NCBI GenBank assembly: GCA_964252035.1
Contig: OZ176211.1
Strand: one strand, 5' to 3'
Source: Podarcis erhardii
Lineage: Eukaryota
Length of the DNA: 64,000 bases
Every line of letters starts with the position of its first letter. Position 1 is the stretch's first letter. Shown in pieces: positions 1 to 12,772 of the stretch. The notes under the pieces were generated by a model that did no database searches, was not told where the DNA came from, and worked only from the letters and a program-made list of their open reading frames with translations. The position numbers were made by a program, and so were the translations under genes.

Positions 1-50
1 CGGTCCATCTGTCTCTTACACCACTCATGCCACTTCTGTCTTTCCTCCTA

Positions 51-276
51 CAGTGGTACCTCGGGTTACAGACGCTTCAGGTTACAAACCCCGCTAACCC
101 AGAAATAGTACCTTGGGTTAAGAACTTTGCTTCAGGGTGAGAACAGAAATCGTGCAGTGGCAGCACAGCGGTAGCAGGAGGCCCCATTAGCTAAAGTGGT
201 GCTTCAGGTTAAGAACAGTCTCAGGTTAAGAACGGACCTCCAGGATGAATTAAGTTCTTAACCCGAGGTACCACTG
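51..276 (+). mobile_element. Tc1/mariner (pogo/Tigger-like) MITE
   Basis: TIR CAGTGGTACCTCGGGTTA...TAACCCGAGGTACCACTG with TA on both sides. Confidence 0.92.
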
Positions 277-309
277 TATATATTTCCTTCTACTGTATCT
301 CCTTCTGAG

Positions 310-477
310 CAGTGGCGTAGCGTGGGTTGTCAGCACCCGGGGCAAGGCAAGTAATTTGCGCCCCCTAACCTGTGGATTTGCGCCCCCTAACCCGTGGATT
401 TGCGCCCCTAACCTTAACCCCCAGATGTTGCGCCCGGTGCGGCCGGCCCCCCCTGCACCCCCCACGCTACGCCACTG
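310..477 (+). mobile_element. hAT MITE
   Basis: TIR CAGTGGCGTAGCGTGG...CCACGCTACGCCACTG; 8-bp TSD CTTCTGAG at 302-309 and 478-485. Confidence 0.93.
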
Positions 478-1004
478 CTTCTGAGACCACTATGTGCACA
501 GCAGACAGGAACTTAGAAGGACTCCATTCTCTCTCTCCTGCTCCCTGCTTTCAGCAACCTTCTGGAGGTTGTGGTAGTAGCACAGTGTGGTCTCTTTAAT
601 GAAAGTCTGGGGGAATGCATGGGCCACAAAGAAGGCATGTATCTCTTGCTGTTCCTGCCATAGCTAAGGACCAGGCCTGATGTCAGGTGGGCATGGCTTG
701 GCCAAAACAACCTGGTTGGCCAAATGAAGAGTCCTGGCAGGCCTTAATCAGGACCATGGGCTGGAGGTTCCACACCCTTGGTTTACAGGGATGTGATGAT
801 CTTTTCCCTAGAGTGACCACCACCACCATGAAAATGATTCTGAAGATTAGTCCTAAGAGACACAGAGAGAAAGTGAGCGGCTGCAACGTCAATGGTTAAA
901 GCTCAGCCCTTGGTTTGGCAGTAGATCAGCCAGCTAAGAGCACAATCTACCTGAAAATTGTGCTGTTCTATTTTTCTTTCTTTTGAATTTTGAATTTTTT
1001 TATT

Positions 1005-1379
1005 TCTTTTGAATTATGGTGCTGGAGGAGACTCTTGAGAGTCCCATGGACTGCAAGAAGATCAAACCTCTCCTTTCTGAAGGAAATCAGCCCTGTGTGC
1101 CCACGGGAAGGACATATCCTGAAGCTGAGGCTCCAATACTTTGGCCACCTCATGAGAAGAGAAGACTCCCTGGAAAAGACCCTGATGTTGGGAAAGATGG
1201 AGGGTACAAGGAGAACAGAATGACAGAAGACGAGATGGTTGGACAGTGTTCTCGAAGCTACCAGCATGAGTTTGACGAAACTGCGGGAGGCAGTGGAAGA
1301 CAGGAGTGCCTGGCGTGCTCTGGTCCATGGAGTCACGAAGAGTCAGACACGACTAAATGACTAAACAACAACAACAACA
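1005..1379 (+). mobile_element. Bov-B (RTE) LINE, 3' fragment
   Basis: Encodes LKLRLQYFGHLMRREDSLEKTLMLGKMEG; (CAA)n tail. Confidence 0.92.
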
Positions 1380-2636
1380 TTTTTCTGTCCTATTTTGCAC
1401 TGGATATTGTGCTGTAAAGTTTTGTTAGTGAGGCGAAGTTTTAACTGGTAGGGCTGCAAGTTAAATATACACACTCCCTGTTTTTGAGTCTGTTTTGTTT
1501 CTGGTATACAGTAGGAGAGAGTGAAAAATAAAACATTAAAATGGCCTTTCTCTCTGGCTATGAGGGGAAATGTTTGTTTATTAAATTATAATTTGCTTTT
1601 CCTTTCAATAGTCGCAGTATTGATCCGTTTTTGGTAATACGCACATTAATTTTTTTGAATTGGTCAGAAGGTGCATGGTTAAGCCACTCAAAATACTCTG
1701 GTAAGTTGTTGCCGTAAAATATGATATTAAGGTATTTTTGTGTCATCTGCAGAAGATTCTCTTTTACTTCTGTCTCTCTGTAGTAACTTACTTGGGTTGC
1801 CAGGTCGCTTCTCTACTGACAGCTGTACCCGTTGTTCTGTTGTGAAACAGCACTTGTTTAAAGAAGAAAAGGTGTATTTTGTCTGCTGAGAGCTACCAAT
1901 TGCTGTGGAAAATAGTCTTTCCAACTCCATCTCTAGGTACAAGTGTCACTCATTATCTCATGCACCTTTGCTGAATTGAGAAAAAGTGGCTGCAATTCTG
2001 ATTTGGGAAAAGTGGCTGCAATGTGAGTCCAACAAAACTGCTATTTTTCAAAGTGCGGATCAATCGCTTATACAACACTAAGGACAATTTCTCTCTTTTT
2101 CAGGGCAGAGATCATCTGGCTCAGAAGATAACCTGCTCTCTAATGTGTAATAAGGACTGTTTCCTGGACCATGTAAAATAGTTATTATTTTCTCCTCTGA
2201 AGACTTATGGCTTAGATTTTCTGGTTCTCTCTCAATAGGCAGTTGACCTAGTCTATCTGGGTTTCAGAAGAGCCGTTGATATGATATACTCTGCAGAACA
2301 CCACATCATACAGAGTATTTCTGCCAGTGTTAAACTTTATAGGAAACCATTAAAGGAGAGGTGGGACTACAAGCCCAGGGACCAAATGCAGCTCTCTGGA
2401 TTCCTCTATCAGGCTTTCGAGACTCTATCCAGGCCACACCTATCCCCTCTCAAGGCCATGCCACTCACCCACCCTGCCCCACCCTGCTTTTGCCTGACTG
2501 GAATGTGTTTTGAACTGTGACACTTGCTTCCTGGGTTGCGGTACTGTGGCTGTGTTCACAAGACAGTTTATTCTGTTTTCCTGAGATTTCCCTAACTGTT
2601 GATTTCTGCATTTATACTTGATGTATACCGCATTTT

Positions 2637-2994
2637 GGGATGCGGGTGGCTCTGTGGGTTAAACCACAGAGCCTAGGACTTGCCAATCAGAAGGTCGGTG
2701 ATTCGAATCCCCGCAATGGGGTGAGCTCCCGTTGCTCGGTCCCTGCTCCTGCCAATCTAGCAATTCGAAAGCACGTCAAAGTGCAAGTAGATAAATAGGT
2801 ACCGCACCGGCGGGAAGGTAAATGGCATTTCCGTGCGCTGCTCTGGTTCGCCAGAAGCAGCTTAGTCATGCTGGTCACATGACCCGGAAGCTGTACATTG
2901 GCTCCCTCGGCCAATAAAGCGAGATGAGCGCTGCAACCCCAGAGTCGGTCACGACTGGACCTAATGGTCAGGGGTCCCTTTACCCTTTACCTTT
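2637..2994 (+). mobile_element. Sauria SINE (Squam1)
   Basis: tRNA-like head (GGTGGCTCTGTGG...GATTCGAATCCC), Sauria core GTAGATAAATAGGTACCGC, (ACCTTT)n tail. Confidence 0.92.
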
Positions 2995-3106
2995 ATACTG
3001 CATTTTACATGATGTAAAAGCCATTTCTGGAAATATAGCAGAACACAGGGCAAGTTCAGTGCTCATTTCTGTGTTATTTGCGCTCTCCTCCTCTGGAAGT
3101 CTGTCT

Positions 3107-3456
3107 AAGGTAAAGGACCCCTGGACTGTTAAGTCCAGTCAAAGGTGACCATGGGGTTGTAGCTCTCATCTCACTTTCAGGCCGAGGGAGCTGGCGTTTG
3201 TCCACAGACAGTTTTCTGGGTCATGGGCCAGCTTGACGAAACCCCTACTGGCACACAGAGGACCAGGACGAGTGCTAGAGCACATGGAAACGCCATTTAC
3301 CTTCCTGCCGCAGCGGTACCTATTTATCTACTTGCACTGCTAGGTTGGCAGGATCTGGGGCAGAGTAACAGGAGCTCACCCCGTCGCGGGGATTCGAACT
3401 GCTGACCTTCTGATCGGCAAGCCCAAGAGGCTCAGTGGTTTAGACCGCAGTGCCAC
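3107..3456 (-). mobile_element. Sauria SINE (Squam1)
   Basis: Reverse-complement copy of the same family, tail-to-tail with the previous one. Confidence 0.9.
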
Positions 3457-4335
3457 TATAGCTCAACTGAAGAGCACATACCTTGTATGCAGAGGGTTTG
3501 AGGCAAAATCCCCAGGTAGGGCTGAAAAAAAGTCCTTACTGGAAAACCTGGAGAGCAACTGCCTGTCAGCATAGGCAAAATTGAGAGAAATGGGCCAATG
3601 GTATGATTTAGTACACAGCAGCTTTCTGCCACTCATGCCCTCAACTTGCCTCAGTTTTCTCCCTTGCATAATCTTGTCTGCCAGCATAACATTGCTCTCT
3701 GCAGGCAAAAGGGGGTTCAAGAAGAGCTATCCTATCCAGCACAGCAGAATTGACTTGAGGATAGGCTGACTCGGTTAAATTATTAGATCTTGTTATATAA
3801 TGCCTCTCTGTAATTATAACTGCTACCCTGTTTGTGATTACAGAGGACTTACATTACAGCCTCTCCCTCCTGCTTCTAAATAATCCTCATCTTTCCATCT
3901 TTGGTGTTTTCAATTAAGATTTAATGCATTGAAGCTATATTTCCCCTTCCCTTCATGGTATTCATTAGAGGACCTTATATTTTCCAAACTCCACTCTGCT
4001 GAAAATAATTACATTAGATCAATATAGGGATGCCCAGTGGATTGTATTACACAGCTCATCGGAAAGTAGTGCAAATATATATATTTCCCCCCATAAGGTC
4101 TGCATTAACCAGCTCAGTGACCAGAAGTGGGTTGATGATCTAAGGCTTTTATTTTTAGTGCCTGAAACTTCCACTGAAGGCACCTTGAAGGGAAAGAGCT
4201 GTTGGGGGACTGTTCTGCAGCAGTTAAGTGGTCTTTCAATTTTGCTTCCTGAAAGAAGATGCAAGTTGGGTTATTGCTATCACAGTTTCTCCAGAGAACT
4301 TGGTTGCAACCAGGGTTGCTGCGCTGTAAGATCTT

Positions 4336-4778
4336 AGGTCCATATAGTTAAAGCCGTGGTTTTCCCAGCAGTGATGTATGGAAGTGAGAGCTGGACCATA
4401 AAGAAGGCTGATCGCTGAAGAATTGATGCTTTTGAATTATGGTGCTGGAGGAGACTCCTGAGAGTCCCATGGACTGCAAGAAGATCAAATCTATCCATTC
4501 TGAAGGAAATCAGCCCTGAGTGCTCACTGGAAGGACAGATCCTGAAGCTGAGGCTCCAATACTTTGGCCGTCTCATGTGAGAAGAGAAGACTCCCTGGAA
4601 AAGACCCTGATATTGGGAAAGATGGAGGGCACAAGGAGAAGGGGACGACAGAGGATGAGATGGTTGGACAGTGTTCTCGAAGCTACGAACATGAGTTTGC
4701 CCAAACTGCAGGAGGCAGTGGAAGACAGGAGTGCCTGGCGTGCTCAGGTCCATGGGGTCATGAAGAGTCAGACATGAC

Positions 4779-4827
<49 letters not shown>
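4336..4827 (+). mobile_element. Bov-B (RTE) LINE, 5'-truncated
   Basis: RT C-terminal frames (GTRRRGRQRMRWLDSVLEAT), (CAA)n tail, and an imperfect 18-bp TSD at 4328-4345 and 4826-4843. Confidence 0.93.
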
Positions 4828-7800
4828 GATCTCAGGCCCATATTCTCACAAGCAGGTATTAACTGAACATCCCACAGCAGCACTGATAATATCTGGTGAG
4901 TGTGTGAAGGCAATATGTCATGAGCAGGGAACCTTTGACCCATAGGACATTCTTAGATTCCAACTCCCATCAGTCCCAGGCAGCAAGGGGCAATGGTCAA
5001 AGATGAGGGGTGTTGTAGTGCCAGAGCATCTGGAAGTACACAGTTGCCACATTTCTGCTTTCGCCCAGTTGTCTCCCTTCCCTAGGTCAGCTTTTCAGGT
5101 TTGAATGCTCAGAAAAACCTATCAAAGTTTTTCAACAGATTGATTGATCCAGTTCGGGCAAGCGAATGGATACTTTGCTGGTGCTTTCCTGATTATACAT
5201 TGTACCCAACAGCACTGTTGTCCCAATGCCTCTTTCAGTCTTAAAGTTTAAGACCAAGGATGGAGAACCATTTGTGGCCCTCCTGATGTTCTCAGACTCC
5301 AGTTCCCATCAGCTCCAGCCATCATGGCCAAGGATTATGGGAGGTGAAGCTCAAGAGCATCGAATGTAAGAGACTTTGAGTTTGATAGGTCTGACTAGGT
5401 AGTGTGGTTAAAGCTACACCATAAATTCGGCTCCTTTTCACTGTGTTTCATTGTCCAAGGGTTTAACCTCAAAGCCAGCAAAACGCTGTTTGTATGCGGC
5501 AATAGTGACACCTGGCGGCTGTTTGCATTCACCACAATTGTTTTGCAATACACAACCTCTGTAATAGGATTGTACAAAAGACTTAACCAGATTACGGTTC
5601 TTGTACAGAGCACAGCACATTTTCATGTTCTTGTTGTTGTTTTAAAGAGAGCACACGCCTCTCTCAACAGCAAGATTACTCCCTCCCGTCTAGGGATGAG
5701 GATTTTTTTTTTGATTCAGTTCATATTTAAAGACAAACCTACCTAATTCCTGATGAGTGGAGGATCCAATCCTGCTTGTGTCTGCTTCTGCAGAGCATTC
5801 TTTGTGGCAAACATGGTGTGGAAGCAGACCCCTGCAGCCAGCAGGATTTCACCCTCCACTCACCAGTAGGTTTAATCCTCCTCAGTTTGACTGTGTGTGT
5901 GTGTGTTTTCCCTTGCTGGGAACAGGCACATCCAGCCAGTGCTCACAATGCATCATGGTTTTTGTTGTCAAAAGGTTGCATTAGTGCTTAGTCATCGTCC
6001 CCCCACCTCTTTGCTTAGCATCATACTTGGGGATTGTCATCCTCAGGCAACTGTCAAGGTCCCAGCATTCCTTGCCACCATCTCTGGACCCAACACTTCT
6101 GACCAGTAGTGTCTGAGGGGGCCCTGGACAAGAGGTGCTGAGTTGAAGGCATGGTTTCAAATACAAGCTGAGTTAAATGCATATCTGATGGATTTAATTC
6201 TGATATACCAAACTAAAGAGATTTCCCGTCTATTCAGAGGTCATTCTGGTATCTATAGTGAGAATTGCATCATGGACCTAATAGTCTGAAATTGAGCAAA
6301 TGTGTTTAAAGCCTTAAATATATTGCAAAATAGGTGAAAAGCATATGCTTTGTGAATTTTCCCAACCACTGAAAGAATTGTGTGGCTACTCTTCTGGTGC
6401 AATTTACAGCTAGGGATGTGTGAATCTGTCAATTTCCAGTTTCTCTCAGATTCTCATTTTTCAGATCACTAAATTTCCACATCAGATGATGATGATTACT
6501 ATTATAAAATCCTAACAAAAATACGTCACCATTTTAATGAACATTTCTCTTACTAAACACATTTTTTTTGTATGCAGCTTTGACTAATGCACACATATTG
6601 GGAAGTAATTTCCCCTATTGTAATACACTTGTGTATTCCCACTAATATAGGCATTTTTAATAGGGTTGTGCATTGGGACTGATCAAATTCTGGATCCTGA
6701 AATGAACCAGGGTGATTCAAGCCAACCTGGGTTTCCCCCAGAATGGATTGAGTCAGCCCTGGATTACTCTGGGTGCATCCAGTGCAATCCAGGGCTGTCA
6801 AAAGGATGGAACAGTTGGCAGTGAAGTGGCTGAGAAGGAGGCATGAACAGGTTGCCAGCAAGCATCTTCTCCCCATATTCTCAACTGCATGTTTACTGTA
6901 GTTTGGGTTTTCTGCAAACTCCACTCTAACATTTACAATTTTGTACACATTGTTTCGTCAGTGAAACAAAATTCAGAGATGGGTGAATTTAGAAAGACAG
7001 TCATCTTTCAGCTTGCCCACTGGTTCAGGAAGAGCAAATTAAGTAGTTCCTCATTAAAATGTAAACAAAGCCAAGTGTTTCCCTGCCCCTATTTATGACT
7101 AATAGCATCTAACCCCCCTAAATGGCTGAGTGGGGACTTAGAAACATGCCCCCTCACGCAAAGAGCTAGCTCTTGAAATATACTCGAAAGGAAACCATCC
7201 CTTTCACTAGCTATAGGAACTGAAAGACCACTAGTTGACTTTGTCTTATTTTCTGCTACGGAGATGAAGGCTCAAATGGGAAGGGGAGATGTCCGCTGTT
7301 GCCCTGAGCTCATCAAAACTCATTCCAGTTAGGAGGGCTCCAGAGACTTGCGCTGAAGCAATTAGAATTACAAGCTTTGATGAAACTAGTTCACCGCTGC
7401 ATTCTTCATTAGTCATTTATGATAAATAGTTCTCAAGCTACTTCAAGCATCCCCGAGCTACCTATTTTTTCTCTTCTCGTGTTGGAAACGCCTCCCGAGA
7501 TCAAGCCTATCTGCCACATTCCCAGTTTCCACAGCAGGGCTGGGGGACCTGTGACCTTCCAGATATTGTGGGACTGCAACTCCCATAGAGATGGGTGAAA
7601 CTGTCAATTTTACTTTCATTTCCCCCATCTTAAACACATTTCATGTGTGTTCATACAAAGAATCCACAGTCTATGCAACAAATAAAGCAGTGTGCTTTTG
7701 AGCAGTGCTGCAAAGGCTTTCCACACAATCTGGGCTAATCCAACCATTTCAGTTTCTCTTTTCTCCAATCTTAAATTGTGGAGAGAACTACATCTTCTGT

Positions 7801-10519
7801 ACATATACCACATCAATTTGTACAGGTGTCTCTCTTACCTTGAGTGTTGATTTGTACTGTTTTTAAACCTGTTTTCTTTTGTTTTTGTTGTATGATTGCA
7901 AATCGCCTTGGGACTTGCATGAAGGGAGATTAATGGATTAATAAAACAACAACAACAAGAATAAATCTCACTCTTACATTTTTTTCTGGCTAGTTTAGAA
8001 GAGACAGCTTTTAGTCCATCTGAAACTAAGTCAAAATTGGGCATATTTGCACATCCTTTTCATCCAGCTGTTTTCCATGTTTTATTTGCACTGATTCAGG
8101 ATTGCATTTCTGGAACAATCTTAGGAACATAGGGCTTATCCTTACTTATCTTTTGCCCTGCAGTTTTCAGGCACAGGTCAGTGCTAAAAAAATCTGTGTG
8201 TGGTTTTTGGTTTGTTTTTATCCTGGAGCTTTCCCCGTGAAAACCCACTCTTTATCACCCATTTGGAACAAACATCAATTCAGGTTTTCTGCGGATTGCT
8301 ATTTGCTCTGATTAAGCTTTAAAGAACAGGTTTTCATGGGGAAAGCTCCATATGAAAAACAGGGCACCCTGACATGGAGCTTCAAAACACAGAGCATGCC
8401 TGGAAAGAGTGGAGGAATGGTACGGGTGTTATGATAAGGCTTCAGTGAGACCATTGGTCCATCAAGCTCAGTATTGCCCACACAATGTTCTCAGCAAGGA
8501 GTCTCTTCTGGTCCAACCTGGAGATGCCAGAGATTGAACCTGGGACCTTCTGAGTTATGGCTCTTCTCCATCCTGAATAGCCTTTTTAGGGGTGTTCAAA
8601 TGAAACACCTTTCATGCACTGAGAGAGAGCCTGGGGTCTTGTTTGCCAGAACAAGAAATGTCATCCCAGAGCTGCAACCATATACATGTCTATCTGTTTC
8701 TTGTAATGTTTTCCTGAATGGATTCCTTACATTTCTCAATCTGCATAGTTTGGTGTGTGTTGTCAGAATTATTTTTTGCAACAAGAACACGGAGTAAATT
8801 AAGCACAGAGGCTTTACTGATCCAAAGTATCTGTTTCTCATTGGTGAATCAAACACTCTCCAAACCCAGTTTTATGCTTGTCTATCTGTCTGTCTCTAAA
8901 TAATATATTTGATGGCTGCTTAACCTTCTGTTAACCTGCTCTATTAAAATTCTTCAGACACACAGTAGCAATGTTCATAATCTCCAGTTCATTATCTTAA
9001 TTAGATCTGTCCTATATTGTCCCACTGTTCGTTCTCATTAGTTTTTAAAGGTGATCAGCCTCCAAAAAGGAATATGAGCGGAATTCAGTGGATTCTATTG
9101 TGGCTGTTTGGCTCTCATCTACGTTTGGATCTTTCAGGTGTAATAATGACAGCGCTACTGGTACATTTAATTAAAAGTTACTTTCAAATGACGCGAATGC
9201 CCATTTTGGAAAATGAAGACAAAATTAACTCGGGGATGTAAAAGGCCTGTAATGGAACTGAACTGAACTGGGCTCTGTATCAAAATATAAATGAGATATG
9301 AAAAATGTTGCAAAAACGAAGAACCCCAGAAACACTTTTTAAGCAAAATTCTTGCCTGTGCCGAGAGCAGTTCGTTAAGGGCAAGTGACAGTTTGTGTCA
9401 AGAGGACAATGTATGATTATGTCATTCATTTCATTATGGCCCCATTAACCATTTCCCCTATGTATCATCACAACAGTCATCTGAGGTAGGGTAGGCTGAG
9501 AGAAAGTCACAGCTAAAGGCCAGCTACTGCTATCAATGGTTACCTGCCATGATGACTACATTCTACCTCAACTTTCAGAGGTGAAATCTGAGGTTATCGG
9601 TGTGCCCTCAGACAACAGCTCCTGTCCTCCCTAACCTCATGCAACACCGGCTGGGGCTGATCAGAATTCAACACCATTTGGAAGGCACCAAGATGGCTAC
9701 CCTTGCTTTAGATTACAGAGAAATTGTGGACTTGTTTACAGGCAAGTCTTATAAGCCTTTCTCTCCGATGCAAGCTCCTGCATGAAAAGATTAATGTGAT
9801 TAGAAATTTAGAACACTTTTTTTTCTGGGAAAAGGCTTCCACTGGCTTTCTGTAGTCAGGCTATTATGTTTCTGCATCGACCAGATTGCCCACTGCCTGA
9901 TAGTTAACCTCGAGTAGGTAATTAAATAAAATGAAAGAAAAAAGAAGATGAGTGCATCCTGTCTGCTACTGCATCAGGATGAGTCTCTTTTCTTCCCCCT
10001 CTGAATCTGGCAGTGGGGAGGGGCCGGGGGGGGAGGGGAGTGCGTTTGATTTCCCTTTGTCAAGAGGCAATTGCAACATTCAGCGAGCAAAGACAAGTGT
10101 CACTTTAAGCACAAAGTCCAGGCTTGTTCAATCCATAGCTGAGAAAAGGGTGAAGTTGTGCAGCTGGGTGGCGATGCTTCTTCTCAGCAGCTGTCAGTGA
10201 AAAAAGGACACAAGCTCTCTCTAGATGTCAAAAGCTTCATCTGAGGATATCATGCGTATCTTCAGATAATGGCAGACGTTTTCAATGCATCCCAAATGGT
10301 TCCATTGGGACCGGTTCTATTCAGATCTTTGTAGCTTTCCTGTGTTTTTATTCCTTGGAATCCAGGGGTTCCAGAGGCACCATTTCAGATTTAAGTAGGT
10401 GATAAACAGACACCTACATCTCTATTTGCTTGTCGGGGCAGAAGACCATGGATGTCATGGGGTTCTGAGGAAGAGTGGGCAGGGAAAGATGCAGACCACC
10501 ATGAGCCCAGAAAGCTGCC

Positions 10520-10695
10520 TTATCCTGTCAGACCCTTTGTCCAACTAGCCCAGTCTTGCCTACCCTGACTGGCAAATGGCTCTGTGAGATTTCAGGCACT
10601 GAGTCTTTCCCAACCTGAATTGGAGATACGGGAGATTGAACCTCTGAACTTCTGCATGCAAAGCAGATGCTCTACCACTGAGCCTTGGTCCCTAT
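10520..10695 (-). mobile_element. tRNA-derived SINE, degenerate
   Basis: Reverse-complement A/B boxes (GATTGAACC...CTCTACCACTGAGC). Confidence 0.6.
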
Positions 10696-10866
10696 GTATG
10701 AAGTGATTGCTCAATGGAAGAGGACACAAAGTCGTGGTCACATTGTGCCTCTTCTGCTTCTGAACACCTGGCACAGCTGCTGACTCAGCCCGACCTTTAA
10801 CCAACCTTCTCTACTCTACCCCGTACTTCTTGACATTAGTCATCCTTGCAGAGCTTGGGAAGTTCA

Positions 10867-10867
<1 letters not shown>

Positions 10868-10913
<46 letters not shown>

Positions 10914-11432
10914 TTATTTTTATCCCGCCCATCTGGCTAGGTTTCCCCAGCCACTCTGGGTGGTTCCCAGCAGAACACAATAAAACATCAAACATTAAAA
11001 ACTTCCCTAAACATTGCTGCCTTCAGATGTCTTCTAAAAGTCAGATAGTTGTTTATTTCCTTGACATCTGATGGGAGGGCGTTCCATGGGGTGGGGGCCA
11101 CTACTGAGAAGGCCCTCTGCCTGGTTCCCTGTAACCTCACTTCTCGCAGTGAGGGAACTGCCAGAAGGCCCTCGGCGTTGGACCTCAGTGTCTGGGCTGA
11201 ATGATGAAGGTGGAGACGCTCCTTCAGGTATACTGAGCCAAGGTCATTTAGGGCTTTAAAGGTCAGAACCAACACTTTGAATTGTGCTCAGAAACGTACT
11301 GGGAGCCAATGTAGGTCTTTCAGGACCGGTGTTATGTGGTCTTGGTGGCCGCTTCCAGTCACCAGTCTAGCTGCCTCATTCTGGATTAATTGTAGTTTCC
11401 GTGTCACCTTCAAAGGTAGCCCCACATAGAGC
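10868..11432 (-). mobile_element. L2 LINE 3' fragment with (TTA)n tail
   Basis: ORF 10988-11275 (FKALNDLGSVYLKERL...RAFSVVAPTPWNALP) is an L2 ORF2 C-terminus. Confidence 0.88.
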
Positions 11433-11566
11433 TGGTTCTAAAGTTCAGGTTCAACATGTCCACGAAGGAACTCAAACCAGTTCACAAGCATCCCTTTAGA
11501 AAGCGAACTAGATAGAACTTTCATGGCTTTTTTTGTTTTTTTAAACCTTTAAGCTCTTTGGGTCAT

Positions 11567-12772
11567 AGAGTCATAGAACTGTAGAGTTGGAAGGGATCCT
11601 GCGGATCATCTAGTCCAACTGCTTGCATTGCAGGGATATGCAGCTGTCCCATACAGGGAACAAACTTGCAACCTTGGCATTCTTAGCACCACACTCTTTT
11701 TTTTTTTATAGAATATTTATTAAAGTTTTCCAAAAATAATACAATGTGAAATAAAAAATAAATAAAAAATAGCATAAATACAAAAATATAAAAATACAAA
11801 AATGATTAAAAACACATAGAATTCCCATTACTTATTTTCTTGTAACTTATTTTCCAGACCTCCTCATACCTCCCTTTCTTGTATTCCAATTCAAATTGTT
11901 AGTTCAGCAAATCCTCACCATTTAGTTTTTACTTATTTCTGAACCTTATTTTTCATATCTCTTAAGCATTACAGCTGGAAACCCCTTAATTTCTGTCCAA
12001 CATCATTCTAACATTCATTAATTTTGCAATATTTCTGTAAATAGTCTTTAAACTTCTTCCAGTCTTCTTCCGCCGACTCTTTTCCCTGGTCTCGGATTCT
12101 GCCGGTCATTTCTGCCAATCCCATATAGTCCATCATCTTCATCTGCCATTCTTCCAGAGTGGGTAGATTGTGTGTCTTCCAATATTTTGTGATGAGTATT
12201 CTTGCTGCTGTTGTGGCATACATAAAAAAAGTTCTGTCCTTCTTTGACACCAATTGGCCGACAATGCCCAGGAGAAAGGCCTCTGGTTTCTTCAGGAAGG
12301 TATATTTAAATACTTTTTCATTTCATTATAGATCATTTCCCAGAAAGCCTTGATCCTTGGGCACGTCCACCAAAGGTGAAAAAATGTACCTTCAGTCTCT
12401 TTACATTTCCAACATTTATTATCGGGCAAATGATAAATTTTTGCAAGCTTGACTGGGGTCATGTACCACCTGTACATCATTTTCATAATATTCTCTCTTA
12501 AGGCATTACATGCCGTAAATTTCATACCTGTGGTCCATAACTGTTCCCAGTCAGCAAACATAATATTATGTCCAACATCTTGTGCCCATTTAATCATAGC
12601 AGACTTCACCGTTTCGTCCTGAGTGTTCCATTTCAGCAGCAAGTTATACATCTTTGACAAAATCTTAGTTTTGGGTTCTAACAATTCTGTTTCTAATTTT
12701 GATTTTTCCACCTGGAATCCAATTTTCTTGTCCCTTAGCACCACACTCTTAACCCGCTGAGCTACCCAGGCT
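11567..12772 (-). mobile_element. tRNA plus CR1-tail SINE (POM-SINE-like), split by an L1 insertion
   Basis: Head CCTGGGTAGCTCAGCGGGTTAAGAG (rc of 12746-12770) joins the CR1-type tail GGACTAGATGATCC...TTCTATGA (rc of 11567-11697) once the L1 is removed. Confidence 0.85.
11698..12733 (-). mobile_element. L1 LINE, 5'-truncated, ORF2 C-terminus
   Basis: ORFs 12292-12744 and 12008-12253 contain the L1 CCHC motif (CWKCKETEGTFFHLWWTC); poly(A) tail; exact 16-bp TSD CTTAGCACCACACTCT at 11682-11697 and 12734-12749. Confidence 0.93.

Noticed and set aside
4564-4866. PolyQ ORF; likewise polyE/polyL ORFs at 26067-26438 and 31803-32600
   Set aside because: Translations of LINE/SINE microsatellite tails.
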